Shown: positions 50,454-61,292, counted from the stretch's first letter. The stretch: DNA of 64,000 nt from Candidatus Phycocordibacter aenigmaticus (GCA_045401115.1 CP174359.1:652667-716666), one strand, 5' to 3'. Program-made: numbers and translations. The notes: a model not told the origin generated them from the sequence alone.

Positions 50454-50854
50454 TTAACTATGATAACACCAGTGAAGTATGGCGCAAGGTGATCGTGGAA
50501 ATCCCACTCTCCTGTTTGACCGAATGTGAATTCCCACGTTTCTTCCGCCGATACTGGTCGTTTTGGATCAAACTCAGGATAGTCACGATGTGATGGATGA
50601 AGGTTAGATGCCGGCCAATGTGGTTTTTTAAGTTCCGTATTAAACACCACAGTATCCCCTTCCTCTATCTCGAGTTCTTCTGGGACATATCCGGTTTCAG
50701 TAAGTGTGATGGTGTGAATAACACCAGTGGCGTTAGTAATTGGTTGATTATTTACTTCCTCTTTTGATGAGTTGTTTTGGGAAAAGAAAAACACCGCCCC
50801 TGCAAGTACAGCTAGGAGCACTATAACAACACCGAGTACACGTTTATCACCCAT
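50450..50854 (-). CDS. Stand-alone membrane-anchored cupredoxin-like protein
   Basis: GYVPEELEIEEGDTVVF, HWPASNLHPSH, WEFTF..GEWDFHDHL. Confidence 0.8.
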   Translation of the reverse strand: MGDKRVLGVVIVLLAVLAGAVFFFSQNNSSKEEVNNQPITNATGVIHTITLTETGYVPEELEIEEGDTVVFNTELKKPHWPASNLHPSHRDYPEFDPKRPVSAEETWEFTFGQTGEWDFHDHLAPYFTGVIIVK

Positions 50855-50866
50855 AGAATAAAAAAA

Positions 50867-52309
50867 TTATATCACGTCTTGCGGACAGTATGCAGCCAGC
50901 TCAGGAGTAAGCGTGTTGCAGATACGTCTTGTTTTCTCCACGCTATACCATCCATCTAAATCACCAAGAACTTCTGTATAGCAAGCATCCTTATGGGTCA
51001 CTGAAAGGGTCGCATCTGCACAAAAATCAAGCGCGGCTTCATATTCTTTTTCTGGAATTCCATGTTCAAGGAGACCGTGAGCAAAACCAGCGATACACCG
51101 GTTTTGGTGTGTACCAAGTCGACGACATACATCAACAACCTCAGCACTATTGAAAGACGGCAATTCATTGTACGCATACAAACCTGCAAGATATTCAAGG
51201 GCCACATTCAAATGCGGTTCTTTTGTGCCTGAAAGCACTGCTTGAGCTGCAGGGAGGAATTGATTATCGGCCATCCAGAAAATAACCGAGTTCATGTTAC
51301 CGTAGCATGATTCAGCATACTGTCCTTCTTGTGCAGCGCACAGAGTAACCGGGTTTTCTTTTGACACATCCAATCCATACTCATTATTAATATATAAATT
51401 TGCAATGCCGTTAAATAAACCTGACGCACAACGGAATCGTTCTTCCTCCCCCTCTGACGCAACTTCACATTGCGCAAGTGCCGCATCTATTACTGCCGAT
51501 ACGCTGCCAAATTCTCCTGTATTCGCAATAAAAGTTTCCATCACCCCATGGCCAATGCCGTGATAACACTGCAAACGTGCATCGGGCGCATCCCGCCCCA
51601 CTGCTTCGCCAATCGCTTCACACACACCGCCGGCACTCGCAATATCATCGGTGGCACCAAGATATGCTTCCATAAAACCATGATGGAAGCCTGAAGCACA
51701 TGCTGACGCTTTTGGTGTCATGATTGAATTTGAGTCTTTACGATAAAATCCATAACTTGCCAAGCCAATATTATGCGCAATGTAGTGACAAGACTGCGCA
51801 AACTCAGGTTCGCTTTCATAGAGTTCAGCCACTTTGTCATACGCTGCGCCAAGCCCATCTTCAGCAAGTGCAAGAAAAATATCGTCCTGCCAGCACGCAA
51901 GATTACCTCCCCGAGAAATACAACTATCTGTTAATTCACCATCTACACCAGTGACGCGTACGATACCAAAATAAAATGGTGCGAGATGGTCATGATATTT
52001 AAAAAGACCTGATTCCGTGAAGGTAAACTCCCACGTGGCTCCTGGCGGCAGTGCTTGTTGCGTATCAAACTCGGGATATGCTTCGTGTGTTGGATGAAAA
52101 TCAGAAGCCGGCCAAAAATATTTGTTACTTCTATTAACAAATGTCACTGTCTCCCCCACAGCAACCGTAATCTCAGTTGGTGAAAAACCATTTTCAGTGA
52201 GCAGCACAGTACGCGGCGGTGTTACTATCAGATTGATAAGTAACACCAAGCCCGTTATCATTATAACGCTCCCAACTCCAACCAATACTCCTTTTTTATT
52301 TTTATTCAT
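50867..52309 (-). CDS. Cupredoxin-like plus Cys/His-motif protein (paralog 1)
   Basis: TM; WPASDFHPTH..YHDHL; CHYIAHNIG, CASGFHHG, CYHGIGHG. Confidence 0.85.
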   Translation of the reverse strand: MNKNKKGVLVGVGSVIMITGLVLLINLIVTPPRTVLLTENGFSPTEITVAVGETVTFVNRSNKYFWPASDFHPTHEAYPEFDTQQALPPGATWEFTFTESGLFKYHDHLAPFYFGIVRVTGVDGELTDSCISRGGNLACWQDDIFLALAEDGLGAAYDKVAELYESEPEFAQSCHYIAHNIGLASYGFYRKDSNSIMTPKASACASGFHHGFMEAYLGATDDIASAGGVCEAIGEAVGRDAPDARLQCYHGIGHGVMETFIANTGEFGSVSAVIDAALAQCEVASEGEEERFRCASGLFNGIANLYINNEYGLDVSKENPVTLCAAQEGQYAESCYGNMNSVIFWMADNQFLPAAQAVLSGTKEPHLNVALEYLAGLYAYNELPSFNSAEVVDVCRRLGTHQNRCIAGFAHGLLEHGIPEKEYEAALDFCADATLSVTHKDACYTEVLGDLDGWYSVEKTRRICNTLTPELAAYCPQDVI

Positions 52310-53780
52310 AAACAAAATCGTATGAGCAATATTTCTGATACGGTTCCTCAATAGTATTACATATATCCGCTACCTTCTCTTTTGTATAAATCCCCTTAAA
52401 GGTGCGAGTAATATTCCAGTAGCATACGTCCCGTTCATGAGCAGTGAGTATGTCGGTACGACAAAAATCCAAAGCTTTTTCATATTCACGATTTGGCTCG
52501 CCAAAGGCTGCAAATGCACCCGTTAATCCTTTCATACAATCTGTTTGTAAAAACTGCGGTAAGCGCCGGCAGTCATATACTAAATCGGAAAAATCATCTT
52601 CAAGAATACGTGCGCCAAGTGCACCAGCAGCAAATGAATTAATAATCGTACCGGCAATCAAATCGTCAGGAATAGTGGAGATGTGTTTCTCATATATCAT
52701 TCCCATATCAATATTTACCTCAGTATTGAGTTTCATTGCGACTTCGTAGTAGCACGCACGTGCAATTTCATCACTTTCAAATGAAGCGCATAATATAAAC
52801 GGTTTATCATCAGAATAATGTAATCCAAATTGATTGTTCCACATCCAGTCAGCGATGACATTAAAGGCGCCTTGGAGGCATTGTTCACGCAGCGGAGTCT
52901 CTTTAAGTCGATCACACGCGGTGAGGGCGGGAGCAACTAACTTTTCTGTATTTCCCCAATCTTCAATATTAAGGGGTTCAGGGACAAAGCCGTGCCCAAT
53001 GGCGTGATAGCAGTTTAATTGTATCCATGGCAATTCATCTTCACGTCCGGTAAGGTTCTCACAAATTTCAAGTGCGAGATCGTAGTCCGGTTCATCGCGC
53101 AGGAAATGCTCAAGGAATCCATGGTAGTAACCGTAGCCACAGTACGAAGTTTCCGGCGGGAACTCCAATTTACTCATGTCTTTGTGACCAAGATACAAAC
53201 CATACTCAACTTCACCGAGTTTGTGTGCCATCCAGTGACATCCGATAGAACTAAATTCGGGTTCGTTTTCATACAGCTCTTCGAAGAGTGCGAACGACTC
53301 TTTTACTCCCTCAGTTTCTAACGTATTGGCAAGTTCCCGTTCCCAACATGCCTGTTTTTCTGACGCGCTTAATTCATCAGAACGTTCAATACAACTCACC
53401 ACTTCAGTGACATCACCTACAAGAATCTGGCCTCGAAAGTAGGGACGGAGATGGTCGTGGTACCACCACACACCATCTTTTTTAAACGTAAACTCCCAAC
53501 GCTCACCCGGTTTTATCGGCCTACCCACATCAAACTCGCTGTATATTTCATGTAGTGGATGGTTGTCGGATGCGACCCACAACGAATGACTACTCTTGTT
53601 TAAAAAAGTAACTGTGTCCCCTGAATCAATCACGAGTTTCTTTGGCGAGAAGCCACTGTCTTTTAGAACGACTGTGTTTGGCGTTAACGGCTGATACTGA
53701 GACAATGCCAATCCTCCCACAAGAAACGTGAGTGCGAGAATGCTAATAATGATGAGAGCGGGTCGTAAAAAAATATTCAT
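52302..53780 (-). CDS. Cupredoxin-like plus Cys/His-motif protein (paralog 2)
   Basis: TM; ASDNHPLH..YHDHL; CHWMAHKLG, CGYGYYHG, CYHAIGHG. Confidence 0.88.
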   Translation of the reverse strand: MNIFLRPALIIISILALTFLVGGLALSQYQPLTPNTVVLKDSGFSPKKLVIDSGDTVTFLNKSSHSLWVASDNHPLHEIYSEFDVGRPIKPGERWEFTFKKDGVWWYHDHLRPYFRGQILVGDVTEVVSCIERSDELSASEKQACWERELANTLETEGVKESFALFEELYENEPEFSSIGCHWMAHKLGEVEYGLYLGHKDMSKLEFPPETSYCGYGYYHGFLEHFLRDEPDYDLALEICENLTGREDELPWIQLNCYHAIGHGFVPEPLNIEDWGNTEKLVAPALTACDRLKETPLREQCLQGAFNVIADWMWNNQFGLHYSDDKPFILCASFESDEIARACYYEVAMKLNTEVNIDMGMIYEKHISTIPDDLIAGTIINSFAAGALGARILEDDFSDLVYDCRRLPQFLQTDCMKGLTGAFAAFGEPNREYEKALDFCRTDILTAHERDVCYWNITRTFKGIYTKEKVADICNTIEEPYQKYCSYDFVYE

Positions 53781-53814
53781 AGCGTACTCTTACATGCTCG
53801 ATATATGTACTGCG

Positions 53815-55290
53815 CTATTCATATGAGTATTCATAAGAGCAGTATTCTTTATATGGCTCTGCAATATTGGTACATACCTCTGCCATTTTCTCTTTTGTAT
53901 AAACCCCTTTAAAGGTGCGGGTAATATTCCAGTAACATGTGTCTCTTTCTTTCTCTGTAAGTATATTCATACTGCAAAAATCTATTGCCTTTTCATATTC
54001 ACGATTTGGCTCGCCGTATGCCACAAATGCACCCGTTAATCCTTTCATACAATCTGTTTGTAAAAACTGCGGTAAGCGCCGGCAGTCATATACTAAATCG
54101 GAAAAATCATCTTCAAGAATACGTGCGCCAAGTGTAGTTGCCATAAATGAATTAATGACCATACCTGCGATTCTTTCGTTTGGTATATCAGAAACATATT
54201 TCTCATGCGCCAATATGACATCGTTATCAACCTTTGGATTTAACTTCATTGCCACTTCGTAGTAACACGCTTCTGATGTATACGTATCTTCAAAAAGAGC
54301 ACATATTTCAAGTGGTGTGTCGTCTGGGAAATACAAACCAAATTGGTTATTCCACATCCAGTCAGCGATGACATTGAAGGCACCTTGGAGACATTCAACA
54401 CGAAGTGCCTGCTCGTCAAGCCGATTACACGCATTCAGTGCAGGTGCTACCAGCTCTTTTGGCTTCCCCCACTCTTCAATATCGAGTGGTTCGGGAACAA
54501 AGCCGTGTCCTATGGCGTGGTAGCAATTCAACCGTATGCGTGGCAATTCATCTTCACGGCCGGTAAGATTCTCACAAATTTCAAGTGCGAGATCGTAGTC
54601 CGGTTCATCGCGCAGGAAATGCTCAAGGAATCCATGGTAGTAGCCGTAACCACAGTACGAAGTTTCCGGCGGGAACTCCAATTTACTCATGTCTTTGTGG
54701 CCAAGGTAAACGCCATACTCAACTTCACCGAGTTTGTGTGCCATCCAGTGACATCCAATTTGACTAAACTCAGGCTCACTCTCGTATAATTTTTTAAAGA
54801 GTACAAATGATTCCTTCACCCCTTCAATTTCCAGGGTATTGGCAAGTTCCCGCTCCCAACATGCTTGCTTCTGTGATGTATTCAACTCGTCGGAGCGTTC
54901 AATACAACTCACCACTTCAGTGACATCACCTACAAGAACCTGGCCGCGAAAGTAGGGACGGAGATGGTCGTGGTACCACCACACACCGTCGTTCTCGAAT
55001 GTGAACTCCCAACTCTCGCCGGGCTGTATGGGCCTGCCTATATCAAATTCAGTATAGATGTCATGTTGTGGATGGTTGTCGGATGCAACCCATAACGAAT
55101 GACTGCTCTTGTTTAAAAAAGTCACTGTACCCCCTGAGTCAACCACGAGTTTCTTTGGTGAAAAACCACCATCTTTCAGTACGACTGTGTTTGGTGCTAA
55201 GGATTCATAATTGGAGACCACGATTCCGGCCGCGAAAAATGCGAAAGCAAGAATACTGATGATAATACTGGGTCGTAAAAAAATATTCAT
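53815..55290 (-). CDS. Cupredoxin-like plus Cys/His-motif protein (paralog 3)
   Basis: Close paralog of 52302-53780 with the same motifs. Confidence 0.88.
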   Translation of the reverse strand: MNIFLRPSIIISILAFAFFAAGIVVSNYESLAPNTVVLKDGGFSPKKLVVDSGGTVTFLNKSSHSLWVASDNHPQHDIYTEFDIGRPIQPGESWEFTFENDGVWWYHDHLRPYFRGQVLVGDVTEVVSCIERSDELNTSQKQACWERELANTLEIEGVKESFVLFKKLYESEPEFSQIGCHWMAHKLGEVEYGVYLGHKDMSKLEFPPETSYCGYGYYHGFLEHFLRDEPDYDLALEICENLTGREDELPRIRLNCYHAIGHGFVPEPLDIEEWGKPKELVAPALNACNRLDEQALRVECLQGAFNVIADWMWNNQFGLYFPDDTPLEICALFEDTYTSEACYYEVAMKLNPKVDNDVILAHEKYVSDIPNERIAGMVINSFMATTLGARILEDDFSDLVYDCRRLPQFLQTDCMKGLTGAFVAYGEPNREYEKAIDFCSMNILTEKERDTCYWNITRTFKGVYTKEKMAEVCTNIAEPYKEYCSYEYSYE

Positions 55291-55323
55291 AGTGATGTTA
55301 TTCTCCTCACTGTATATACTGCG

Positions 55324-56796
55324 TTATTCATACGTACAATATTTTTGATACGGTGCCGCAATCAGTGCGCACACTTTTTCCATTTTATCTTTTAGATACA
55401 CTGCTTCAAATGTACGGACAATATTCCAGTAACAAATATCTCTCTCTTCTTCAGATAGTATATCCAAATTACAAAAATCAATTGCTTTTTTGTATTCGTT
55501 CTCTGGTTCACCAGCAGCCATAAATGCTGCAGATAATCCTTTCATGCAGTCTGTCTGTAAGAATTCTGGTATCTGCCTGCACTCATACACAAAACGGGAA
55601 AAGTCGTTGTTGAGAATGTCTTGACCAAGAGCGCTCGCTGCAACAGAACTCAGCACCATACCTGCAATAGCTTCATCGGGTATATGAGATATGTATTTAT
55701 TATATGCACGCACAATATTATTATCAACACTCGGGTTCAGTCGCATTGACACCTCGTAATAACACGCAGACTTCTTTTCATGATCATCAAAAGATGCGCA
55801 GAGAGCAAGAGGTTTATCTTCTGGGTAGTACAAACCAAATTGGTTATTCCACATCCAATCACCAATTACATTAAACGTCCCTTGATAACATTCGTGACGC
55901 TCGTCGTCACGGCTCATTCTCTCACATGCGTCTAACGCCGGAGCAACCATTTTCCGTGGGTCTCCCCACACTTCAACATCATCCGGCTCAGGAACAAATC
56001 CGTGACCGACCGCATGATAGCAGTTCAAGCGAATTCGTGGGATTCTATCTTCAAGTCTGGTAATGAGTGTTTGACAGAACTGGTTGGCGGCATCGTAATC
56101 AGGGTCGTCACGTAGGTAATGCTCCAGAAATCCATGATAGTAGCCGTATCCACAATACGATGTCTCCGGAGGAAATTCTAAACGAGAAAGATCTTTATGG
56201 GTTAGGAATTCGCTATACTCAACCTCACCAATTTTATGCGCCATCCAGTGACATCCAATAGTAGTAAAATCTTTATCTGTATTATACAGTTCAGTAAATA
56301 ATTCGAACGAAGCTGTGGTTCCATGTTCCTTAAGTTCGTTTGCAAGCTCTCGCTCCCAGCACGACTGTTTATCCTCAATTGACGCTCCTTCGAGTTCATC
56401 GAGACAACTCTTTGATTCGTCGGCATTACCCACCACCACTTTTCCGTTGTAGTAAGGGCGCAGATGGTCGTGATACCACCAGACTCCCTCTTTTTCAAAA
56501 GTAAACGTCCACGATTCATTTTTCTCAAGTGGATGTCCTGCATCAAACTCCGTATATAAAGTATGCTGAGGATGATTATCAGAAGCAGGCCAAAATGAAA
56601 ATGAGCCTTTATTTATAAATGTTACCGTCTCCCCCACTTGAATTGCTATTCGCGAGGGATGAAAACCACCATCTTTAAAAACAACTGTGTTTGGTCCCAC
56701 AGGTGTATAGTTAGACACCACGATTCCGCCTACGAGAAACGCGAGTGCGAGAATGCTAATGATAATAAAAGCGGAAAGAGGTGCTGAAATTTTCAT
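55324..56796 (-). CDS. Cupredoxin-like plus Cys/His-motif protein (paralog 4)
   Basis: WPASDNHPQH..YHDHL; CHWMAHKIG, CGYGYYHG, CYHAVGHG. Confidence 0.88.
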   Translation of the reverse strand: MKISAPLSAFIIISILALAFLVGGIVVSNYTPVGPNTVVFKDGGFHPSRIAIQVGETVTFINKGSFSFWPASDNHPQHTLYTEFDAGHPLEKNESWTFTFEKEGVWWYHDHLRPYYNGKVVVGNADESKSCLDELEGASIEDKQSCWERELANELKEHGTTASFELFTELYNTDKDFTTIGCHWMAHKIGEVEYSEFLTHKDLSRLEFPPETSYCGYGYYHGFLEHYLRDDPDYDAANQFCQTLITRLEDRIPRIRLNCYHAVGHGFVPEPDDVEVWGDPRKMVAPALDACERMSRDDERHECYQGTFNVIGDWMWNNQFGLYYPEDKPLALCASFDDHEKKSACYYEVSMRLNPSVDNNIVRAYNKYISHIPDEAIAGMVLSSVAASALGQDILNNDFSRFVYECRQIPEFLQTDCMKGLSAAFMAAGEPENEYKKAIDFCNLDILSEEERDICYWNIVRTFEAVYLKDKMEKVCALIAAPYQKYCTYE

Positions 56797-56805
56797 GGAG
56801 TCTTT

Positions 56806-58050
56806 TTATTGTATATCATTAGCGTTTGGTTGAATATTATATCCTTCTTTGTTTAAACACTGCGTACTCCATGGTTCAGGTAGTGTTCGGCAAAACGTTT
56901 TAAATGGCTCTGAATCCGGTATAAAGTTAAACGTTGAATAGAATAACAGTTCATCGTAGCACCGCTGACCAACACCATGCTCTTCAGCTATTTCACACAA
57001 ATCAACCGCGCGCGAGGCAAGGCGATAATCGGTTTCAATAAACCGCGATGCTGAATTTGCAAAACACTGCCCTTGTCGCTCTTGCGGCAATCCTTCACAA
57101 ATCGGAACAATCCGGCTCGCATCAAAATTAAATTGAGCTGTTAACACATAGAACATCGCATTGTAACAACGATGCATTGACTGCCCATCAGGTACAAGAT
57201 TACAAAATCGCTGGAGTAAGTTCGGGTCACTAAGCTCCTCGCGATAGAGCGGCCAACTTTCTCGATGACATGCCGCACGACGCTCGCCAGAAAATGTTCT
57301 GCAAAACGCTTCGGCTTCTGCTTGGGTTTCCGGCTCTATATCCTCAACGAGGGCGAAATCCTCAGGCTCAAGCGGTTGAAAAATCTGCATGTAGGCGCCC
57401 TCATAACATGTTTGTGTATAATCGCGCTCGCCTTTTTTTGCCACTTGATCACATACTCCGGTTGCCTCACTGATATGAGCATCAGTAATATACATAGAAA
57501 GATGTCCTAGAGCGTGGTAACAACTTGCCTGTTCAAGACCAGTAAACGTTTTTGCTTCACTATTTTCACAGATAGTATCAAGTTGAGGAATGAGTTCTTG
57601 AAGTTCTTCACCTACAAAAACCTTATCGCGGAAACGCTCTTGAAATGCACCGTGAATAGCACCGTTTGAACAAACACCGGTCGGTGCACGCGCAATAACT
57701 TCAGTCCATTTAGAAAGGTCCTTAGCTGCTTCTTTAGCAGATAAGTTATGACCAAGTACATGGCAATAAAAATAACTAGGGTCACGTTCCTGTACTTTAA
57801 CTGTTACTTGAAACGCTTCCTCCATAGTAAGTCCTTTATCCATAAGACGCGGTATCTCGGTATCGTAACAATGAGGCGCATTATTTTCTTCCGCACACGC
57901 TTCCATCACCTCGTCAGCGAGCTCTGCAAAGGTTTTACCAGACGTACCGACAGTATCTACAAACAAGCCCTGCAGCTGCCCTGCAGCTGCATAGCCTATA
58001 ACAATAAGAACTAAAATACTGATTATAAAAATATTTTTCTTTTTTTGCAT
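56806..58050 (-). CDS. Cys/His-motif membrane-anchored protein (paralog 5)
   Basis: CHVLGHNLS, CSNGAIHG, CYHALGH, CYEGAYMQ. Confidence 0.85.
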   Translation of the reverse strand: MQKKKNIFIISILVLIVIGYAAAGQLQGLFVDTVGTSGKTFAELADEVMEACAEENNAPHCYDTEIPRLMDKGLTMEEAFQVTVKVQERDPSYFYCHVLGHNLSAKEAAKDLSKWTEVIARAPTGVCSNGAIHGAFQERFRDKVFVGEELQELIPQLDTICENSEAKTFTGLEQASCYHALGHLSMYITDAHISEATGVCDQVAKKGERDYTQTCYEGAYMQIFQPLEPEDFALVEDIEPETQAEAEAFCRTFSGERRAACHRESWPLYREELSDPNLLQRFCNLVPDGQSMHRCYNAMFYVLTAQFNFDASRIVPICEGLPQERQGQCFANSASRFIETDYRLASRAVDLCEIAEEHGVGQRCYDELLFYSTFNFIPDSEPFKTFCRTLPEPWSTQCLNKEGYNIQPNANDIQ

Positions 58051-58055
58051 ACAAT

Positions 58056-59057
58056 TTATGGACGATCTTCAATGCCTTCGGTTAAATCAGCTAATCTCAG
58101 ACATCGATCTCTCTCCTGTGGAGATACTAACACGCAAAATTGTTCTGGTTCATCGCGAAGCTCATCTAAAGCATAGAAACTCCATGACGCTCCCGCTAGA
58201 CACGCCACCTCCCCAAGGGAACCAAACGCAGCGCAATGTTCACGTACACGCGGCGCGTTGTATTCAGTACTCGGTGCTAAATTAGATCCAATACCCATAA
58301 AACATCGCTCACGATAGATAGACGACGCAATATCACCACATACAGCTTTTTGTTGCTGAATGTTGTTATTCAACATCCGCAAAAACCACTGACCAAGTTC
58401 AAAATAGCAAGACTCTCGAAAAACCTCATCGACTTCAGTGCAGGGAGTATATGGGTCATTTTTATTAAACTCCCGGGGTTTCGGTATTTCTCCATCAGGA
58501 CCAACAACAAGTGGAGTGTTGTACTCCATAAACACTCCTGAAGTACAGCCTAAAAGTTGGGTGACTTGAGTAGTTTTTGCACATAACTCAAGTGCTTTAG
58601 AGACACTCTCATATCCGACATATTCCATAATACCGTGACCGATACCATGTTGGCACCCGGTACCTAAGACTGAGTACGCATTAACACATTGTGTATCAAG
58701 CTCACTGATTACAGAAACACCTTCTTCACTAATTGCTCGCCCAAAAAACCCATGGAAACAACCGAAACTAAAACTTGCATCACAGTAACGGATACCCGCA
58801 ACACCTTCATGTTCATAAAAAAGCTCTCCGATAATATGTGTTGAAAGATGTCGCCTCTCAAAGGGTGCGACTTGATTCTTCTTTTTAAATTCAGAAAATG
58901 CATCCTGCGCACCTACTTTATTAATGCGTGTATCCCAATACGCACGATTATAGGACTCACTCTCTATTGAATAGATTGGATGTGAGTCAGCGGTTAAAAA
59001 TGTGCCGATAAACATACCGACAATGATAAGTACTCCAAATATTGCAAAACGTCTCAT
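58056..59057 (-). CDS. Cys/His-motif membrane-anchored protein (paralog 6)
   Basis: RHLSTHIIG, GCFHG, CQHGIGHG, CTSGVFME. Confidence 0.85.
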   Translation of the reverse strand: MRRFAIFGVLIIVGMFIGTFLTADSHPIYSIESESYNRAYWDTRINKVGAQDAFSEFKKKNQVAPFERRHLSTHIIGELFYEHEGVAGIRYCDASFSFGCFHGFFGRAISEEGVSVISELDTQCVNAYSVLGTGCQHGIGHGIMEYVGYESVSKALELCAKTTQVTQLLGCTSGVFMEYNTPLVVGPDGEIPKPREFNKNDPYTPCTEVDEVFRESCYFELGQWFLRMLNNNIQQQKAVCGDIASSIYRERCFMGIGSNLAPSTEYNAPRVREHCAAFGSLGEVACLAGASWSFYALDELRDEPEQFCVLVSPQERDRCLRLADLTEGIEDRP

Positions 59058-59059
59058 AG

Positions 59060-60091
59060 TTACATAATATCAGCATCTTCAGTTGGACAGGGAGAATAGT
59101 ATTCAGAAATACTCTCACTACATACTAATGCAGCATCTTCATATCCAGCACCATCAAACATAACGCTCCACGCGGCTGACGCGCGACATAAATATCTACC
59201 TTTTTCTGTAGGCATGAGCCCACACCCTTCATTTACTTTATACGGATCAAAATTAACACTTGGAGCCACAACACCACCTAATCCATGGTAACAATTTCGT
59301 ACATAGCTTTCTAAAGGAGACCCGGCACAAAGCGCGCCAATCTTTTCAAAATCATAGTTATATACCTGCCCCCACCACTGTGGTAATTCGTGATAACACG
59401 AATCCCTAAATTCCACCGCAACAGTGTCACATGGCGCATAGGGGTTCTCTGGATTAAGAGGCCGAGGTTCAGTAAAGAAGACTCCTTCGTCAGAATAGCG
59501 TAGCGGTGTGTTGTATTCCATAAACACACCGCCGGTACAACCAGCTATCGGGTTCGGTTGGGTTGTTTTTTTACATAACTCAAGCGCTTTTGCTAATTGT
59601 CCACCACCAAAATATTCCACCAATCCGTGACCAATGCCATGCCGACATGCAGATGGGTCACCATATGTTACTGCGCTACACGCCTCATCTAATTTTGTAA
59701 TACTACTAATTCCTTCAAAAGAAACTGCGTTGGTAAAAAAACCATGATAACAACCAAACGCAAACTGTGGGTCACAATATCGCACTCCTTCTATTCCCTC
59801 CGAAACAAGTAACTCTTCCCCAAAAATATGCGCAGCATTATGTTGTGTTCCAAAATCAGCATGTTGATAATCAGTAACAAAACGAGCATATGCCTTCTGA
59901 GGACCCTGAGTCGAAAGAAGATCTGTTATGCGCGTCCGCACCTGTGCCGGATCTACTCCATATCCTCCTCTATCGGCAACTAATGTGTCTTCTGTATTTG
60001 GTATAGATGGCTTAATAAAGGAATGTATAAAAAACCATAAAAAAATTCCTGCCAGAATCACCACAAATAGAAACAAGGCATTCTTTTTCAT
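59060..60091 (-). CDS. Cys/His-motif membrane-anchored protein (paralog 7)
   Basis: QHNAAHIFG, GCYHG, CRHGIGHG, CTGGVFME. Confidence 0.85.
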   Translation of the reverse strand: MKKNALFLFVVILAGIFLWFFIHSFIKPSIPNTEDTLVADRGGYGVDPAQVRTRITDLLSTQGPQKAYARFVTDYQHADFGTQHNAAHIFGEELLVSEGIEGVRYCDPQFAFGCYHGFFTNAVSFEGISSITKLDEACSAVTYGDPSACRHGIGHGLVEYFGGGQLAKALELCKKTTQPNPIAGCTGGVFMEYNTPLRYSDEGVFFTEPRPLNPENPYAPCDTVAVEFRDSCYHELPQWWGQVYNYDFEKIGALCAGSPLESYVRNCYHGLGGVVAPSVNFDPYKVNEGCGLMPTEKGRYLCRASAAWSVMFDGAGYEDAALVCSESISEYYSPCPTEDADIM

Positions 60092-60095
60092 ACCT

Positions 60096-61292
60096 TTATG
60101 TATTATTTAAACAGAAATTACGGTGCGGACCTTCCGGAAGGCGGTTACACAAAGGCGCTGCTGATTTAGTGTTGCGCATGAAATAAACAATTGTCTCTGA
60201 AAGGTGTCGGTAGCAGGCATTCCGTTCTCGTTCATCTTCGGCAATAGCGCAAAAAGTAAAAGAGGCATCAGGGTTATTTTCACCTCCCCAAAACAACGAT
60301 CCTAAGGCACTTGCATTACACGCCATTCTACCCGCCTCATTATCGGTAAGCGCACACCACTCCCGTATCCGTTGCAATGACTCTTTCGGAGCAGACCCGA
60401 TGTCGCGTATATCCCTGTCCTGCGCAAGCACGAGAAATTCCTTACCGAACCCTCCGTAACACGCCTCCCATTCAGCTCTGTTCTTTTTTGGTATTTCATC
60501 ACAGTAGGTAAACGCTTTCTCATAGTCTTCAGGTTGCGGGCGGGCGAGATCGGCACCGGCGCTGACAAAAAGGTGTGGAGTAAGATAGGTGTAACAAATC
60601 GGGCGTACAAGTTCAGGCATAAACGATGCGTTGCATGGCGCAAGTGGATCATCCTCTTTAAAATAATTATCTTTCTCTAACTCCCATGCGTTTCGATCAT
60701 GGACACCAGCAAACATTTCCATTGTTGCCCCGCCGACACATTCAACATACTCACGATTTTGGCGCGCTTCACTACCGGTTTGCGCACACATCTCAATTGC
60801 CTGTTCAAAATTATAATTTGCATACGCGAGTATGCCATGTCCAAGTCCGTGAAAACACATTGTATAGGCACCCGAGCCGCCTGGCGCATTACTGCATGCC
60901 TCAGCTATTTCATTGAGCGCCCCCTTCCCTTCTTCAGAAAAAAGTCCGACCACTATTGAGTGTGAACAGGCATTACGAAAATCGGGAGTACAATCATAAA
61001 TACCGTCTATCCCTTTTTGTTTATATAATATGTCACCCACCACATGACCTAACAGGTGAAGATCCGTTCCTGGTGCAATGTCCGCCTGGAGCAGCGCTTG
61101 AAACGCATACGCCCCTCCTTTTTCCTCAGCAAGATTCTCAAAAAAATCAGCGTACTCGTCAAAAGAAAGTGGGTTTCCTTTCAAATCAGCAACTTCACGA
61201 TGCGGCTGTGCGAATGAATCAGTGACTATATAGCCCACACCAACCAACACCATGATGCCCACTACAAATAAAACGGATTTTATTTTCTTCAT
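60096..61292 (-). CDS. Cys/His-motif membrane-anchored protein (paralog 8)
   Basis: LHLLGHVVG, ACSHS, CFHGLGHG, CVGGATME; start 61292 or 61313. Confidence 0.85.
   Translation of the reverse strand: MKKIKSVLFVVGIMVLVGVGYIVTDSFAQPHREVADLKGNPLSFDEYADFFENLAEEKGGAYAFQALLQADIAPGTDLHLLGHVVGDILYKQKGIDGIYDCTPDFRNACSHSIVVGLFSEEGKGALNEIAEACSNAPGGSGAYTMCFHGLGHGILAYANYNFEQAIEMCAQTGSEARQNREYVECVGGATMEMFAGVHDRNAWELEKDNYFKEDDPLAPCNASFMPELVRPICYTYLTPHLFVSAGADLARPQPEDYEKAFTYCDEIPKKNRAEWEACYGGFGKEFLVLAQDRDIRDIGSAPKESLQRIREWCALTDNEAGRMACNASALGSLFWGGENNPDASFTFCAIAEDERERNACYRHLSETIVYFMRNTKSAAPLCNRLPEGPHRNFCLNNT

Noticed and set aside
52302-56796. Diversity-generating retroelement
   Set aside because: No reverse transcriptase in the window, the similar segments lie in full-length paralogs, and differences are not adenine-specific.
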